Source of the DNA: Sminthopsis crassicaudata
Lineage: Eukaryota
Reading direction: 5' to 3'
DNA length: 64,000 nucleotides
NCBI RefSeq assembly: GCF_048593235.1
Contig: NC_133618.1
Location: forward strand, 18,764,468 to 18,828,467
The notes beneath the pieces are model-generated. The model was not told the origin of the DNA. It did not search any database and saw nothing but the letters and a program-made list of their open reading frames with translations. Shown here in pieces: positions 24,785-37,159 of the stretch (the stretch's first letter is position 1; each line of letters begins with the position of its first letter). Made by a program: the position numbers and the translations under genes.

Positions 24785-25310
24785 TGTTATGAACTGCTAA
24801 TAGCTTTTCTTTAAGATTATCTTTTTAAAAGAAATATGTCATTTTTAAACCGTCCCCTTATGAGATATAGAAATGACTTTGGACTTAAAAGAATTGCATT
24901 CACCACCCCAGCTGTGAAACAATTCCCTGAAACTCTAACCTTGTTTCCTCATCTATATGTAACTTCTGCTTGTTCAGGGATTTTCCGACTCCTGACTTTT
25001 CCTTGAACTGATTTAGGGAAAATGGTTGTAGCCCGAGGACCTGTGAAACTCCTAAAGGGCCAGCCCTATTTGGAATTGGGTCGATAACTAGCAGACTAGA
25101 TGAAACAGAAGCAAAATGAATTGTTCCTGGCCTGTAATGTGGGATGTATTTTTGTATATTCTTATATAAAAATCATAGCCTGAGGCGCTAAGGCAGGGGG
25201 ACAGGTATAGTGTCTCCTATTAAGAGAACCTATTTCTGGGTTCACGTGCACTGCAGATCTAGACCCCAAATGAAGAGAAGAAAGGCTCTTCTTATACTCT
25301 CTGGCGCAGC
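24785..25310 (+). mobile_element. Probable LTR followed by partial tRNA-Ser(TGA) PBS
   Basis: Starts tgttatgaac; TATA-like ttatataaaa at ~25161; tggcgcagc at 25302-25310 matches the first 9 nt of TGGCGCAGCGAGCAGGGT. Confidence 0.45.
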
Positions 25311-26089
25311 ATGCTCCCATCCAAGAGCCTTGAGGAAAATTTCTTAAAGCTTTAGGTTAATTTGCTTCAAATATGCTGTTGCCTCAAATGAGATTAATAG
25401 GGCCCAGAAAGAAATGAGATTCAATGCACAAACTGAAAATGGTTATAGGTCAGCTAGTTATTTTCTCCATCACAAAAGAAATGCTTGAAATACAGAAGAC
25501 ACATATATAAGAAGGACAAATTTTTAAAACGATGCAATAACCATCACACATTATATTTTTCCAGACATTTTGTACTAAATACACAAAATACTTTATGGTA
25601 CTTGCTGAATGACATTTCACCTTCACATCAATCCTGCACTGTCCAAATAATTAACCTAAGGTCCAAATATGCAAGCAATCCAGGATGGAGCATCCCCCCT
25701 CTCTCCAAAAGAGTAATGGTGATTATCTTTTCTTCTAAGTAGTTCTTTCAATGGTCATTTTAATAGCCAGACCCAAGAGTAACAGATTCCTTAATTTCAT
25801 GAGTTGGTTAACAAAGCTGGGGTAAGGAGAAGACCTGCCTCAGTTTATTGTCTGATGACTTTTTTTTAGGGAAAGGAAACCAAATAGGAGATCCAATTTC
25901 AGAGTCAGGTGGACATGATTTGTTATGTATGATTATCCATGAGTGCTGTAGATTAGGAAGAGGGAAGATCACAATAAAGCCATATCATGTGTCATGACTA
26001 CATTCTATTTCTACATCAATTAAATTGGCAGAAATGGAAGGGAAAAATACAACCCCTTTCCCCTTCCACTGCACTTAGGTATTCCAAAG

Positions 26090-26767
26090 ATGAAATATCT
26101 TTGTGTGTTGGGTAAGAGTTATATCAATGTATGGCTCTACTTCTACCTCTACCAGATGCTGGTCTTCTGGCTAAAATTTCAGTGCCTTTCAGCTAAGCAA
26201 GGATGAAATCTCTTAAAAGACAAAATACAGTCCATCAGTGACCATACACTCAAAGCCTTGCCAACTTGGCAAGACCTATAAAAGTTGGCCCTCTCCTGGT
26301 AATAGGTGCAGCTTTTTGAAGCAATATAGCAGTAATCCTGAGGTCCCCTTAAACCTCAGAAGAGCTATTGTTCTAACAATCTGTTTGTTGATGATCCTAG
26401 AGTATCCTGGCTTTAAGAATAGTATAGTATAGTTCTGTAAACATTGCAGACTGCCAGATAATGATCTGTTGGTCAGTGATAACAAGGTTTCTGAGACAAA
26501 TGGTGAAATGCATACAAGACCACTCCTCAATTCTACTGGTAAGCCATAAAGTTAGCATAGCAGTGATATGAAGAACTGGATTTCTCTGTCTTTTCTATAA
26601 ATTTATCTTCTTGCTCCTGATTTTTCACTAAATCCTTCTGAAACTTAGCCCACTTCAACTGGTGTTAGAATTATAATAAAGTTTGCCTCTTTTGAGATAC
26701 CTCATAATACCTGTCTGCAACCCCAACTTTGGGGGGTTTCCTTTTGAACCTCAACACTGGCATAGTC
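26090..26767 (+). mobile_element. Probable LTR followed by partial tRNA-Ser(AGA) PBS (left boundary uncertain)
   Basis: cctataaaag at ~26275; aataaagtttgcc at ~26675; ends ...gaacctcaaca (26756); then tggcatagtc vs TGGCGTAGTC. Confidence 0.55.
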
Positions 26768-27459
26768 TTCCAGAACTAGGACTCATTATGGGAACTACTC
26801 AGAGGAGGACTTTGGTGGAACATAACAGGTTCCATGTTTGGGAAAGAAACTATTTTTGAAAAGGCTTCAACTTTAATAAATATAAACTTTAATAAACATA
26901 AGCTCTAGACACTGAAAGGGATATAAAGATAAAGAAAATTAGATCCTTGACCTCAGGGAGCTCTCAGCTAAAGGACGTAAAACAAATTCACCCAATTCAC
27001 TAAAATACCAGGCAGAATCAAATGCCAGTAAGGAGTCAAGACATCAGGAAAATAATCAGCAGATGTTAGAACTAGCGAATCTTGCCAAAAGTTGTAAACA
27101 CATCAGAAGCTTGTCCAGTTGGGTTTGTGGGCAGCTGGGGGCTGAGTCAGCATGAATTGATTTTTTCTTTCATTAATCAAAATAGTTTAAATTTGCTTGC
27201 AGAATTTGCAGATCAAAATAGGGGTTTTAAGAAGGTTTCTAGAGTAATTGAAATGGTTTTCCTTAATTTATCTCTCTAAAAATTCAGAGTTTTATATATT
27301 GAATTTTTTTCATGGGACAAAGTTGTATATAATGTAGATTACTCATGAATCAATTCCCAAAAGTCTTATATACATCACATAAAAACTAAACCAGTGATTC
27401 CATAGTATAGTCAAATGTAAGGAAACTTCTTCCACTAATGCAGCCCAGGTAGTCTGTCA

Positions 27460-28330
27460 GCAAAGTGCCTACTATGTACCAGCTATATATTAAACACTGA
27501 GGATACAAAGAAAAGTAAAGAACAGTCTCTGCTTTCAAGTAGTTCATGGCCTAATGAAGGAAATGACATGCAAAAAAATACACAAAACCACAATCTATGT
27601 TCAGAATAATAGGAAATAATCTACAGAGAAGAAACTAGAAGTAAGGAGGCTCAGGAAAGACTTCCTATAAAAGATGGAATGTTAGTTGGGATTTGAAAGA
27701 AAGTAGGGAAGGCAGAAGGCAGATATGAGGAGGCAGAGTATTTTAGGCATAGCAGACAGCCAGAGAAAATGTACCGAGCCAAGAGATGGAGTGTTTCATT
27801 CATAGAGTAGCCAGAGAAGCCCACGTCCCAGAAGAGTGAGGAGTACATGGTGATGAGTAAGGTTTGAAAAGACTGGAAAAGTGGAGGGTGGATTATGAAA
27901 GGGGTGGGATATCAAGGAAAGATTCATTTGATCCTAAAAGCAAGAGGGAGGTACTGAAGGTAATTGGATGGGAGAGGAGGGTGTAATAAGATCAGATCTA
28001 CATTTTAGGAAAATCATTTAAGGGATTGATTGGAGAATGAATACATACGTAGAGAGACTGGAGGCAGATACACCCACCAGCAGGTTATTGCTAGAAGCAA
28101 AGTAATAATCACTTACACTAGAATGGTGACTATATCAGAAGAGAGGAGAAAGCTTAGTCGAGAGATGCTGCAAAGGCGAAATCCACTGGCCTTAGCAACA
28201 ACTTGGATATGAAAGAAAGATAGTGAAGAATCAAGGATGATACCTTAGATTGTAAGTCTAGAGGATTTCTAGAAGAAGAGTTCACTTTTAATGAGTTCAC
28301 TTTTGGATATGTTGAGCTAAGTTGTCTATG
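27460..28330 (-). mobile_element. L2 3' fragment
   Basis: aaagtgcctactatgtaccagc...ggatacaaagaaaag followed by typical L2 body. Confidence 0.75.
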
Positions 28331-28439
28331 AATAGACAGATCTGAATTCTATGAATATAATAAGATTTCCATTAGACAACTGGATCTGCAAGCCCAGAGT
28401 TCAGCAAAGAGATTAAGGCTGGATAAATAGATATAAAAA

Positions 28440-29310
28440 CCATTGGTATATTTCAGAAAAAAATAACTGAACTGATATAACAAAGTGAGCAAAACCAGGA
28501 GAAGAGGGTATACAGTATCCGCTGTGAATGACTTAACTCCTCTCAGTGATGCAATAATCCAAAAGAATTCCAAAGGATTCTTGATGAAAAACTACTATCC
28601 AGATCAAGAGAATGAACTGATGTAGTCTGAAGGAAGATCGAAGTGTGTAACGTGCTGTTGTCTCCAGAAGCTGCCGATCGCTCTCTGGGAGGAGATCTGC
28701 TGTGTCAACTCAAATCTCTAGGACAGATTCTTCTTCCTGCAGAGAACTGTTGTCTCCAGACAGTTGCAGCCAACTCTGGTCCAGAGAAGTGATTTCCCTT
28801 CCTGCGGAGAGCTGCGTCAAGTTGATCTAGAGCAGAGACTTCCTTTTCCTCCAGAGCTGCCCTCTTTTATGCTCCAGGAGAATGGGCATGGGATAATGCA
28901 AGGGCTTCTGGGAAAAATTACTTCAACCCATGAACTTGCTCCTCCTAAGCATGCAAGCTCTTCCCCAGGAATTCACAAGTCAAACTCCCAGGAAAGGCCG
29001 GAACTAGAAAATTGTTAAGTACCAACTTAGCACTTAGTAAAAACCTAATATCTCATTATCTCATTAGCACTTAAGAAGCGTACTATTTTTCACTTTATTT
29101 TTCCATGTTTTAGAGTTTGGGGTCTGTTTTCTTTTACAGAAGGCTAATATGGAAACATGTTTTCATGATTTCACATCTATAACCTATATCAAACTACTTT
29201 CTGTCTCTAGAAGAAGGAGGTGGAAAGAAAGGAAAAAAAAAGAATTAAACTCCAAAATTTAAAAAAAAAAAGAAAGTTAAAAATTGTCTTTGCATGTAAT
29301 TAGGGAAAAT
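28440..29310 (+). mobile_element. Old L1 3' region split by an LTR
   Basis: ...gaactgatgtagtctgaaggaagatcgaag | cgtactatttttcac... is contiguous L1 3' UTR once the LTR is removed. Confidence 0.75.
28646..29073 (-). mobile_element. ERV solo LTR (family A), inverted relative to 21936-22375
   Basis: About 93% identical (hand count) to the reverse complement of 21936-22375; TSD gaagtg/gaagcg; terminal ~14 bp of U3 missing. Confidence 0.92.
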
Positions 29311-30699
29311 AAAGTAGAAATGCCAGTTTTGGATACTGATAAATCACCAAGTGAAATAGTATAGAAGGGAAAAAGAAGATCCAGTACAAAGTCTTATGGT
29401 ACACATATGACTATAACAGATATAAACTGGATGAAGATCCAACGAAAGAGATGGAAGAGGAGTGGTCAGATAAATAGGAGGAGAGAGAAATATGCTGGAA
29501 AAAAACAGAATACCTAAGGAAGAGTGATCAACAGAGTCAAAGGCAACAGAGAGATGGAAAAGGGTGAGAATTAAGAAAAAGGCAAATCCATTTGTTATTT
29601 AAGAAGTAACTGTGGAGAGAGAAATTTCATTTGAATGATGAAATCAGAATCATGTTTTTGAGTTAAGAAGCTAATGAGAAAGAAGAAAGAGGAGGCACTC
29701 ACTGACAACAGGTTTTTGAAGGAGTTTAGTCACAAAAGGGAGGACGTAGGATGGAATGGTCACTAGCAAGGATAGGCAGATCAAGTCAGGATTATTTGAG
29801 GATCAAGAGATCAACATCTTCTTTCAACTGGTAGTCTTAATATAGTGGCCTGGGGCCCTGAGAAGATAGGGGATTTGCCCAGTGTCACACAGTGTTTCAG
29901 AGGTAGAAGTGTGAATCAGATCTTCTTCACTTCAAGATTGGTTCTTTCCACTAAGCCACACTTCTTCTCTTAGTACAAACTTCTCAGATATTAACTGACT
30001 CAGTGAAAAAGCACAAAAGAAAAAAGGAAAAGTTATATAGGATAACAAACAATGTTTTTACGGTCTCATTTTTTTCCTTTAAGAAAAATAAAGTGGGGCC
30101 AGAAAAGGGTAGTCCAGTTGATGAAGGGCCTCTACAGTATTCTATATATGGATCAACTGAAAAAATTAGGGGTGTTTCCCCTAGAAAGGAGAAGCCATGA
30201 AAGAGGAGAGGAAAAAAGAAGCAGCTTCCTGGTATGATGAACAGTGTAGTTCAATGAACAGGGTACTTACTATACTTGGAGTCAGGAAAACCTGATTTTA
30301 AATCTGATGCTAAATAACTATGTGATGTCAAATAAGTCACTTAGCTTTTCTCTGCCTCAGTTTCCCCTTCTATAAAATGATGAATCTAGATTTGATGACT
30401 TATAAGTTTTTTTTCTGACTCTAAATCAGTGATGCTATGAAGTGTTTGAAAGGCTGTCACCGGGAAGAGGAAAGAGACGTGTCCAACTCATCCCTTGAGG
30501 GTCAAAGTAGCAGGAATGATTAGAAGAGATAAAACTAGGTTTAATGTTATATAAACCTTTCTCACTGTCCCAAAGTTAAATGATTTGCCTCTTCACTGGT
30601 ACTTTTCCAATAAAGGTTGACCAATCACATCTCAGGGGGTAATAGGAAAGCATTCATTTTCAGGTAGAAAAAGTTTCAGGTAGGCCTTAGACTAGACAG

Positions 30700-31330
30700 A
30701 ATTGTGGGCCCGGATTTCTCTTCTCCCCTTCAGAAGGTCACTCGTTCGCTTCCATGACCGGTGCAGAAACTTAGACAGGTAACGAAAGAGTTACATTGTT
30801 CTCTGGGAAATGTGGGAGCCTATTGATCCAGGGGGAATTTTTTAAAAGATGTCACTGCTACAATTATGCAAATGTCTTTGTGTAAAATAATAGTGTTAAG
30901 GTCATTTTGTTAAGCCCTTGAATATTTTTAATTCAAAAACTGCATTACATTTTAATCAAACTCACTCCATCCCGCTCCTTCCTGAGCTATTCACATTCCG
31001 GCCCCACCATGGGGGCAGTTAGGATCCTGCCAAGCTCTCAGATAGAATAACTATCAGGAAATTGCCTTGCATTATTCATGTTAATTATGCTGAACCAAAC
31101 ACTGCAAACAGGAAAATGTATTTTCCGATGAAATATGTTTGCCTCACAGAAATCTTTTGTAAATCGATTGTACCTAGACTTCTCTTTTTTGTGTAATTGA
31201 GCCTGGAGGCCAGGAATGGTCCAGAATATATACAATCGGTGGAACTGTAGTCTCTACCATATTTTCATAGTTCGGTGAGTTTCATTCGAGATTCAAAATG
31301 GTGCTACCGAACAAAGTATGGGTCGGGAGT
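30700..31330. promoter_or_regulatory. CpG-retaining unique block, candidate enhancer/conserved non-coding element
   Basis: About 15 CpGs in a depleted background; octamer ATGCAAAT at 30866-30873 flanked by SOX-like acaat and ctttgt; no repeat recognised. Function is inference. Confidence 0.35.
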
Positions 31331-33865
31331 TCTGCGTTCAAATTCTAGTACTTATCTTCACTGGTTTACCAGGTGATCATGAGGCAGTGAATCACCATTC
31401 AGAGCCTCAGTTTCCTTACCTGTAAAAAGAGACAAGGATGGGGCACCATAAGGGCTAGAATCAGAGGGAGGAAGAACTAGGTTCACTTCTGCCCCATGCT
31501 GATTGTGTTTTCTTTTCTAGTCTCTAAGGCTGTAAATTGAAGCACATGTTGATCTGCACTGATCAACTGTGTTACCAGACTGGGAGTTCCCTGGACCACT
31601 GTTATCACAGATTCAGACTTCTTCCCCCAAATAGAAATAATAATCCTTGCCTACCAACTACACAGTGTTGCTCTGAAGAAATGGGTCCATAAGATAATTC
31701 TATTTAGAACTCAAAAGGGCCTAGAGGATTCTCTGACCTAATCCCTCATTTTCCAGATGAATAAATATGGTCTGAAAAGAAGTAATTTGCTCCAAATCGC
31801 ACAAGTGAGCAGAAAATTAATATCAATAATGATGAAGATGATGATAAATAGTAATTAAATAGCATATCAAAGATGGCAAAGCATTTTATACAAGTTATCT
31901 CATTTTAACTTCACAATAACCCAGGAAGATGTAGGTACTATTATTATGCCCATTTTATGGATAAAGAAACTGAGCCTGAGAAATATTAAGTGACTTGCCC
32001 AGGGTCACCCAACTAATAAGTGTCTATGATGGATTTTGTACTCATTTGCCTAGTTCTGGGTGCAGTGCTCTTAGTCATTCTGCTCAGTCAACTAACTGCC
32101 TCTCTAATTTATAGAGAATTACAGATCCAGGTCAAATCAATTCTGAGGCATTAAAGGGAAGGCATACAGCATATAAATAATTGCACAATTCATGGCCCGC
32201 AATAGACATTTCATATATACTTCTTCAATCACTGCTTGATTCATTGAATAAATGTTGTGAATAACAAAGCCAACATTATTTAAGTTTCACTGGTACAAAT
32301 CATCGTCCCTGGGACAACAAAGTGAATTTCTCATGACTGCCTTCATTCATTTGCTAGAAAATCACATTGGTTGCTGTCATATTGAAAATACTGTATTAGG
32401 CAATAGTGAAGGAAGAGTAAAGATGTATGAGACAAAGTCTATCACAGAACCACAAAAGCAGAGCATCTTTGAATTGGAAAGGATTTTTGAAAATATACTA
32501 GTTCAGCTGAAAAATTAAGTGTGGATCCCCCTCTAAGAACAGAATTTAAGAGCTCACTGGAACTTTGGATTGTGGACCTGAGCTGAAAGGGAGCTTAGAG
32601 GACACCTAGCCCAACAAACTCATTTTAGAGAGGAGGAAAGCTTGCAAAGAGAGCTCTAGATATGGATTGTTACTATATTTTCCTAGTGCTGGTAATGAGG
32701 GAGCAAATATGGTTGAAAGTTGGACCCTAAGTGTTTTTGAGGGTGCATGTTAAAAAAAAAGTCCCAAGGGCAGAGAGTGTGAAAAGTAAAAGGGTAGTTA
32801 ATGTGACTGTGGGGAAGGTAGAAGAATGAGTCAAGACCCAGGAATGATGATGGTGTTCCAGGGCTTGGGTGTGGATCCTTGAGAATCCATTTGGGAAATC
32901 AATGGATCTGTTTTTGTACTTTCATTGTAGATACCTGAAGCGGTCAGTTCAGGCAAAGTGCTGGGTTAGATATAAGCAGATACTCCCACTGAAACATCCA
33001 ACTCTGACAACAGATGTGCATTGGGTCCTACAGCTAATTCCCATGAGCAACATTAGAATTTGGGAAAATGGAAAGGCAAAGTCCTGGTAGATATGGACAT
33101 TTAGGTGGTCAAAATGCTAAGCTTCACTATCCCTACTCCTTTCTACTCTCTGCCAAGTGAGAAAAGAGATTGATTGATTCAAAGCTTGTCAATCATTAAA
33201 CTCTTAAGCCTGTATGAACAGGTCTGTGATGTATGGTAGGAACAATACGATGTACACAAATAAATATAACGTAGAATGGAATAAATCCATGAGAGATACA
33301 AACCAAAGAGTTATCAAAGTTCAGAGGAAGGAAGGATAATAATACCAAAACAATGTTTTTCATCAAAACCAACCCTCTGATGTATGTAGGGATATTGTTG
33401 TGCCCATTTAACAGAAGAGAAAACCAAAGCTTAAAGAAATTACTTGCCAGGTATTACACAGTAGGTATTAAAATGAGGATTTGTGCTGAGGTTCCTGGTC
33501 TCTAAGTCCAACATTCGTATAACCCCGGGAGAGATGGCTTCTTACTTGTTTATGAGGAAAGATACAGGAATCAAAAAAAAAAATGGCGGCTCCAATGTTT
33601 GAACTCAGTCTTGTGATATAAGTAGCATTTCAACAGATCGAGATGGAGATCAGGAAAGGAATTCCTATTAAGTTTTAATTACTATTTAGGAGATTTTCCT
33701 AAGCCCAATGAAGAGGTATTCGACTAATAAGTACAACAGGGAAATGGAATTAACGATGGCTTGCGTTTACATATCTCCTTTAAATTTTTAATAACTTACA
33801 ATAGCCCTGTGAGATGGTTTGTCCAAGTATTAGGTGGTTCAATGGATAGAATACTGGTCCTATAT

Positions 33866-33868
<3 letters not shown>

Positions 33869-33910
<42 letters not shown>
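33869..33910 (+). repeat. (CA)21 microsatellite
   Basis: Perfect dinucleotide run. Confidence 0.98.
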
Positions 33911-33913
<3 letters not shown>

Positions 33914-34079
33914 GAATTTGAATCCTACCTGAGATATTTAAAAGCTGTGTGATTCTGAGCAAGTCATTTAATCTCAATAAACCTCAGTTTCCTTTATTGT
34001 AAAATGAGGAGAATAATAGCAGCTGGCTCATTAGTTATAATGAAGATTTAAAGAGACAATATTTGGAAGCTGGATTTCT

Positions 34080-34310
34080 CAATGGAGAGTGTTCCAGGTA
34101 TGAAGTCAACAAGGTTCATCTTCCTGAGTTCAAATCTGATCTCAGCCATTTACTAGCTGTGTGACCTTGGGAAGGTCACTTAATCCTGTTTGCCTCAGTT
34201 CCTCATCTATAAAAATGAACTGAAAAAGAAAATGGCAAACCAGCTCAGTATCTTTGCAGAATAAGGGGGGTGGAGAGAGTGTCATGAAGATTTATATATG
34301 ATTGAATAAC
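34080..34310 (+). mobile_element. MAR1-type CORE-SINE with RTE/BovB-like tail
   Basis: CORE followed by gaaaatggcaaaccagctcagtatctttgc; similar copies at ~40340-40560 (+) and ~56780-57020 (-). Confidence 0.8.
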
Positions 34311-35749
34311 TATTTATAAAAGTTCTTCTCTGTACTCATTAACCCAGAATTGTTGCCACAGACTCACAGAAGCAGAAGGAGCCTCAAAAACCATCTAGTT
34401 CTATCCATCTTGAAGTAGAATGCCAACTACCATATACTTGATACAGAGTCATCAAGCTTTTGATTAAAGACATTTCAGAGGAGAGAATCATGACTTCCTA
34501 AGGAAGCCTGATGTGTTTTCACACAGCTAGAATCTGGAAACTTTTCAATCAGTCAGCTTCTCCTTTACAAATCTACCTATGGCTCCAAGTTCTGCCCATT
34601 GAGACCAAGCAGAGGAAGTCTAATTCCCCCTCCATATCTTTTTTGTTGGTGAGGAAACAATCTCTGAAGGCTAGTGACTTGCCCAAGATCACATTAATAA
34701 TAGATAAGAGAACCAGGATTCTAACCCATATCTTTTGATTTCAAATCCCTACTCTGTGTTCTCCATCATATTACATTAAACATCACTCTGAAAATCTATT
34801 GCTTTTCCTTCCCTGAACCCTTCTATCCTCTGGAAATGGAAATTTAACCTTAACTTTAATCTACAAAGGCAACACTTTGGCCCAACATTTGCCCAAGGAC
34901 TACTGAAGGAAAGAGACTGGGAGACATACTTTTGATTCTAAAAGCCTGCTATCCCCCTTCCTTCCTTGCCCATCTATCAACATTTGGCCAAATAATGAAG
35001 AGAGACAGGGCAGCATAGAAAATGCCGACTAATTCACATCCCTCTTTACCCGACAGAATCCCAATGGCTCTCTGGAAACCCATTACAGCCATATCCTTGA
35101 GTCTGTCTAACATAAAAGCAAATTAGCTGGCGTTGTAAGTGGAGACCTGGACAGGACTCCTAGCTGATGAATAGCTCTGCCACTAACCAGACATTTGGGT
35201 CCAGTAGAGATCCTTCCTCTCAAAATCTGACTGAGACTTTGAGAACTCCAAACCTTGAAGGGCACAAAAAGTACCAATTATAAAAGAAATCATTTCTGTC
35301 CACAATCACAGAATTGTGCCATTTCTCATTCTGTGAACCTTTATTTTCCATGTAAAAATATACTCTTTTCCTCTAAGGTCCATGAGTGTTGTCATAACAG
35401 GGATTGGATTTTGTATTTTAGGGGATTGTCTTTATTTTGTATTCCCAGCACTTAGCACACTGCCTGGCACAGTAGGTATTTAATAAATGCTACTTGACTG
35501 ACTGGCTTTTAGTCAAGGAGCATTTGTTAAGTGATTATGGTGAACCATAACTTAATACTAAGCACCATAATAGTTTAAAGGCTATCAATTAATCAGTGCA
35601 CATTAAAATTTCAAGACAACCCTAGAGGTCACCAGTTTCAACTCCTTGATTTTATATCTAAAAACTTTAACCCAAAAGACTAAGTGAGTGGACAGAAATT
35701 AGTCAATTAATCAACCAACAAGCCATTCTTAAAACAATTATCAACAACT

Positions 35750-36645
35750 TTTATATAAAGCTTTTTATTTTCAAAACACATGCATAGTTTTTAACATTCA
35801 CCCTTGTAAAACCTTGTGTTCCAATTTTTTTCATCCCTTCCTCCTTCCTCCTCCCCTAGATGGCAAGTAATCCATACATATTTTTATAATTACCATGTTG
35901 CACAAGAAAAATCACATCAAAAAAGAAAAAATGAGAAAAAACAAAATTCAAGCAAAAAAAGATGAAAATACTATATTACAATCCACATTCATTCCCCATA
36001 GTCCTCTCTTTGGATGCAGATGGCTGTCTCCATCACAAGACCATTGGAATTGGCCTGAATCACCTCACTATTGAAAAAAGCCACAACTGTCAGAATTGAT
36101 CATCATATAATCTTGTTGTTTGAGTGTACAAAGTTGTCACTTCACTTATTCCTGTAAGTCTCTCTAGGCCTCTCTAAAATCATCCTCCTGATCATTTCCT
36201 ATAGAACAATAATATTCCATAACATTCATATACCATAACTTATTCAGGCATTCAGCAACTGATGGAAGTCCACTCAGTTTCCAATTTTTTGCCAACAAGG
36301 CAGCAACAAACATTTTTGTTTCTTTTTTAATGATCTCTTTGGGATACAGGCTCAATTGAGATACTGCTATATCAAAGAGTATGCACAGTTTGATAGCCTT
36401 TTGGGCATAGTTCCACATTGCTCTTTATAATGGCTGTATCAGTTCGCAAATCCACCAACAATGCTTCAGTTTTCCCACATCCCCTCCAACATTCGTCATT
36501 ACCTTTTCCTGTCATCTTAGTCAATCTGAGAGGTATATACAGGTACCTAAGAGTTGTCTTAATTTGTACCTCTCTGATCAACAGTGATTTAGAGCATTTT
36601 TTTTCATACAACTAGAAATGGTTTTAATTTCTTCATCTGAAAATC
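35750..36645 (-). mobile_element. 5'-truncated L1 (ORF2 C-terminus and 3' UTR) with internal deletions
   Basis: Minus peptides CSKSLLIREVQIKTTLRY...CWRGCGKT and WNYAQKAIKLCI...LNKLWYMNVMEYY are L1 ORF2 C-terminal motifs. Confidence 0.9.
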
Positions 36646-36977
36646 AACAAGCATTAATGTTTTAGACACTTTGTGAGGGACTAGAGATCTAAAGGAGAAA
36701 GAGTCTTTATCCTCAAAAATCTTATATTCTTACTTGGTGGATGCAATTTGTTCACAGATAAGTAAGAATGTGACATAACAATAAACAGACAGTATGATTT
36801 AGGGGAATATTTGGAGTTATAAAGACTCCAAATAGATTTGAAACCTTGCCCCACAATTTAGTAGCTCTATGATCTTGAAGAGTTACAAACATTTCTCATC
36901 TTTTTAAATGAAGGCCTTGGACTAGATCACATTTGAGATTTATTCTAGCCTTAGTTCTATGATCCTATGAGCTAGAA

Positions 36978-37159
36978 CAGGGGTTCTCAAATTACAGCCT
37001 GCAGGCCCACTGAGGACATTTATACCGCCTGCCAGGTTATACCAAATGGACTGAGGGGCGGAGGCAGAGTGTGAGGTTTTGTTTTTACGATAGTCCGGCC
37101 CTCCCACAGTCTGAGGGACAGTGAACTGACCCCCTATTTCAAAAGTTTGAGGACCACTG
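36978..37159 (+). mobile_element. hAT/Charlie MITE, OC1-like, both termini intact (182 bp)
   Basis: TIRs caggggttctcaaa / tttgaggaccactg (12/14); perfect 8-bp TSD agctagaa at 36970-36977 and 37160-37167. Confidence 0.9.
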
